Shown one piece after another: positions 61,448 through 64,000 of a stretch of 64,000 bases of DNA (position 1 is its first letter; the number at the start of each line of letters is the position of its first letter). The notes below the pieces were generated by a model. That model had not been told where the DNA came from, did no database searches, and worked only from the letters and a program-made list of their open reading frames with translations. A program made the translations under genes and the position numbers. This stretch comes from an uncultured Gemmatimonadales bacterium. GTDB lineage: Bacteria; Gemmatimonadota; Gemmatimonadetes; Gemmatimonadales; GWC2-71-9. The stretch is taken from assembly GCA_963771275.1 (NCBI GenBank), contig CAVYSW010000010.1, forward strand, positions 780,201-844,200. The letters are read 5' to 3'.

Positions 61448-61833
61448 CGAGCCGTTTGCTCGAGATGGCGATCGGGACCGGCGCCGCGCTCCGCAGTCCC
61501 CTGTGGATCACGGGCTCGCGCCTGCAACGGCTGCTGCAGGACACCCCCGGCGTCTCGCGGGGCTCCCGTCATCCCGAGACGGCGACGCGAGCTTCCCTGC
61601 TCGCCCTGAGGGCGCTCGCGCGCCTTCCCCTGCTCCCGTGGCGGAATACGTGCCTCTACCGCAGCGTCGCCGAGTGTCTCGTGCTGCGGAGCTGCGGGAT
61701 CGGCTGCCGGCTGCAACTCGGCGTGTCGCACGACGCCGCGTCGGGTGACGGGATCGTGGCCCACGCGTGGGTGGAGCGCAGTGACCGAGAGCAGGCCGAT
61801 CACCCTCACGTCCTGCTGCGCCCTGGTTCGTGA
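61444..61833 (+). CDS. Lasso B2-type transglutaminase-like leader peptidase
   Basis: TCLYRS ... LQLGV ... AHAWVE (catalytic Cys/His). Confidence 0.9.
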   Translation: MTSRLLEMAIGTGAALRSPLWITGSRLQRLLQDTPGVSRGSRHPETATRASLLALRALARLPLLPWRNTCLYRSVAECLVLRSCGIGCRLQLGVSHDAASGDGIVAHAWVERSDREQADHPHVLLRPGS

Positions 61834-62796
61834 GCATTCGTGGAGACGACGGGCAGATCGCGCACGCGTTGCTGGCAGATCAATCGCTCGTGCTGCGGTC
61901 GGACCCCCGCTGCTGGCCCCTCGTCCAGTCCGTGGGTGCCGCTGAGCTGCGATCCGGCAGAAGGGACGCAGCACCTCGCGCCGTCGTGGCGGTCGAGCCC
62001 CTGCAGTCCCCAGCACCGCCATCCCGAGAGGCTGGGCGACCCACCCTCACGGTTGGGCCCGTCGGTGCTTGGCTCGAACCCGGTGCGGCCAGCGCGGCGT
62101 TGCAGGGGGTTACCGGCAGCTGGGGCCGGCTCGACCTCACCACGCTGCACGCCACGCTGCGGGCGGACCTCGCTGCGGGCGAGGCAGCCGGTGCCGACCT
62201 CTACGCCATGCTCACCATCGCGTCGGCGCTGCTGCTCGGCCGAATGAGACGGCCGTTGATCCATGCCGGAGCGGTCGTGGCACCCGACGGGAGGGGCTGG
62301 CTCGTCGTGGGCGATGCGCGGTCGGGCAAGTCCACGACGTGCGTGAGCCTCGCGAGCGCCGGCTGGGGACTGCTGTCGGACGACCAGGTGGTGCTCACGC
62401 CGAACGGGCCCACGCTCGAAGTCGAGGGCTGGCTGCGACCCGTGCATCTCGACGAGGGTTGGCGTGACGGGATGCCGCGGGGCCGCCGCCGGACGGTGCA
62501 TCCCTCCGAGCTGGCCGCCGGTGCGCCGTGCCGCGTCGTGCCGCTGGCCGGCACCGTGCACACGTCGGTCGATGCCAGACCAACCGACGCACGTCTCCAA
62601 GATGGCAGCGGGCGATGCGTTCACGGGGCTGGTCCGCCAGTCCCCGTGGCTGCTGGCCGACCGCGTGGTGGCACCGTCATTGGCCGACATCTTGTCGGCC
62701 GTCGCCCGGCTGCCGCGGTTCTCCCTGCGATTGGGACTGGACACGTTCGGCAGGCCGGACCGGCTGCGAGCGCTGCTTACGCCGGCGCTGTTTTAG
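61830..62796 (+). CDS. HPr kinase-like peptide kinase (frameshift at about 62577)
   Basis: LIHAGAVV, GDARSGKSTT (Walker A), LLSDD; the C-terminus continues in ORF 62464..62796. Confidence 0.85.
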
Positions 62797-63945
62797 GCCG
62801 CGCCTTCGTCGCACGGGCCGCGGCATGAGGTCGCCAGCAAGGCGAGCGGCGCAGCCAGGACCGTGGCGAACACTACTCGCATCACCCGGCTCGTGACCCG
62901 CACGCCCCGGCCGAGTCGCGGCGCCCGCCGCTCGATCCACGCGATGGAACGGGACGACGACGGACCTGTGGTCACCATCCGCACCCTGCCCCACTCTCTG
63001 CGCATGTCGGCCCGGCCGGCGATGAGCGCAACCGCCCACTTGCCGACATCGGCGCGGATCACTTCGGGCAGGGGCAGCCACCTGCCGCGCCAGCTGACGT
63101 AGTACGCAACGGCGGCCTGATACACAAATCGGTCCTCGAACGATGCGGTGCCCGCGAACCCTCGGGCCATGGACAGCATGTCCTGGAGCGTGTGCGCGTA
63201 CGGATGAGTCTCGAGTGCCGCCGTGACATCTGCTCAGCTCGTCGTCGCTGCACCGCGTCAGCGCCTGGCTGAGGAGTAGCAAGTCCCGGATCGCTCCCCG
63301 CCGGTACGGGTGCAGCACGCCGACGTGTACGAGGAGGTGCCAGAGATGGTCCCGCGGAGCGAGACCGCGGAGATGCTTGGTCCCGGCCAGCGGGGTCACC
63401 CGGCTCCAGACCGACTCGGCCCACTCGCAGCCCACCATGTCGATGCTGGCGTGGACTTCGACCTTGAGCCCTCCATCGGCGATTCTCCCCTCGAGGTGCG
63501 AGGGGCTGCTGGCCCCGGCAGCGCGGTAGCCGGCCGAGTCGAGCGCCGCGGCAAGTGCCCGGGCGTCCTGCGGCGTCGCCAAGACGTCGAGATCGGTCAA
63601 GTCCGCGGCGTCTCGGTCGGTGAGCGCCGCAACACCACCCTTGAGCACCACGATGTTCCACCCGTGCTCCTCCCCCAGCCGATCGATCAAGAAGAGCTGC
63701 GCCCGAGCACTGAGCACCCGCTGCAGCTCGGCCCGAGCGGCGTCGTCGAGCTCATGCTTCGGTTCCCGCTCGAGCAGTGCGTACTGACTGCCCGCAACGA
63801 GGCGGGCCTTGAGCGGCAACGCACATCGCTCGGCCCGGAGGAAGAAGTGCCAGGAGGCGGGCGAGCACGCAGGTGGCGCACCGGGGCCGAGCGCCAGCGT
63901 CCGGAGCGCCCAGGCCCGCAGCTCAAGGACTTCACTGATCTTCAT
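62793..63945 (-). CDS. Nucleotidyltransferase (NTP_transf_5-like; frameshift at about 63225)
   Basis: VVLKGG, DLTDLDVL, VEVH, HLLVH..H, RDLLLL; the C-terminus is in ORF 62793..63179; convergent with the kinase. Confidence 0.82.
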
Positions 63946-64000
63946 TCCGTCACCATGTGGCATAGTATCGAAGTCCCACGGCGCGTCGGGCAAGGGCTCC

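Noticed and set aside
57785..62796. Canonical lasso peptide or PQQ cluster
   Set aside because: No cyclase in the window and no ring Asp/Glu in the expected register; no pqqB/pqqC and no ExxxY precursor. Kept as a non-canonical RiPP candidate instead.

Overview
A very GC-rich bacterial window, probably Gemmatimonadota; this is inferred from gene order and protein types, not from a search. Bases 1-37 kb are a nearly uninterrupted minus-strand housekeeping run: recN, nadK, dxs, ispA, xseAB, folD, rny, zapA, pheST, rplT-rpmI-infC, arcA, rex, rsmA, an RsbU/W/V-like module, pta, coaD, rsmD, recJ, dnaG, mutS2, rpsU, dnaJ, hrcA, hemW, dprA and obgE. This run contains a perfect Rex operator and an L20-leader-like attenuator. 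Bases 37-53 kb hold accessory genes: a beta-barrel, YfiT, methyltransferases, a Ser/Thr kinase, tRNA-Val and tRNA-Ile2, three GT4 glycosyltransferases, two Uma2 copies, hflX, an aspartyl protease and a DUF1640-like coiled coil. Several families of inverted 7-bp (and 8/9-bp) tandem arrays are scattered among them and even sit in frame inside core enzymes. The best candidate for a new system is at 53.5-64 kb. Two secreted lipoproteins sharing an N-terminal domain I cannot name are followed by a RiPP-like cluster. It has a 54-aa precursor hidden by a 1-nt frameshift (lasso-type leader, Gly-rich core with no lasso ring acid in the expected register), a radical SAM/Twitch enzyme, a Wzz-like protein, a TolB-like lipoprotein, PqqD/RRE, a lasso B2 peptidase, an HPr-like kinase and a nucleotidyltransferase. 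No lasso cyclase is visible in the window. Many genes beyond 52.5 kb carry single-base frameshifts that look like consensus errors.
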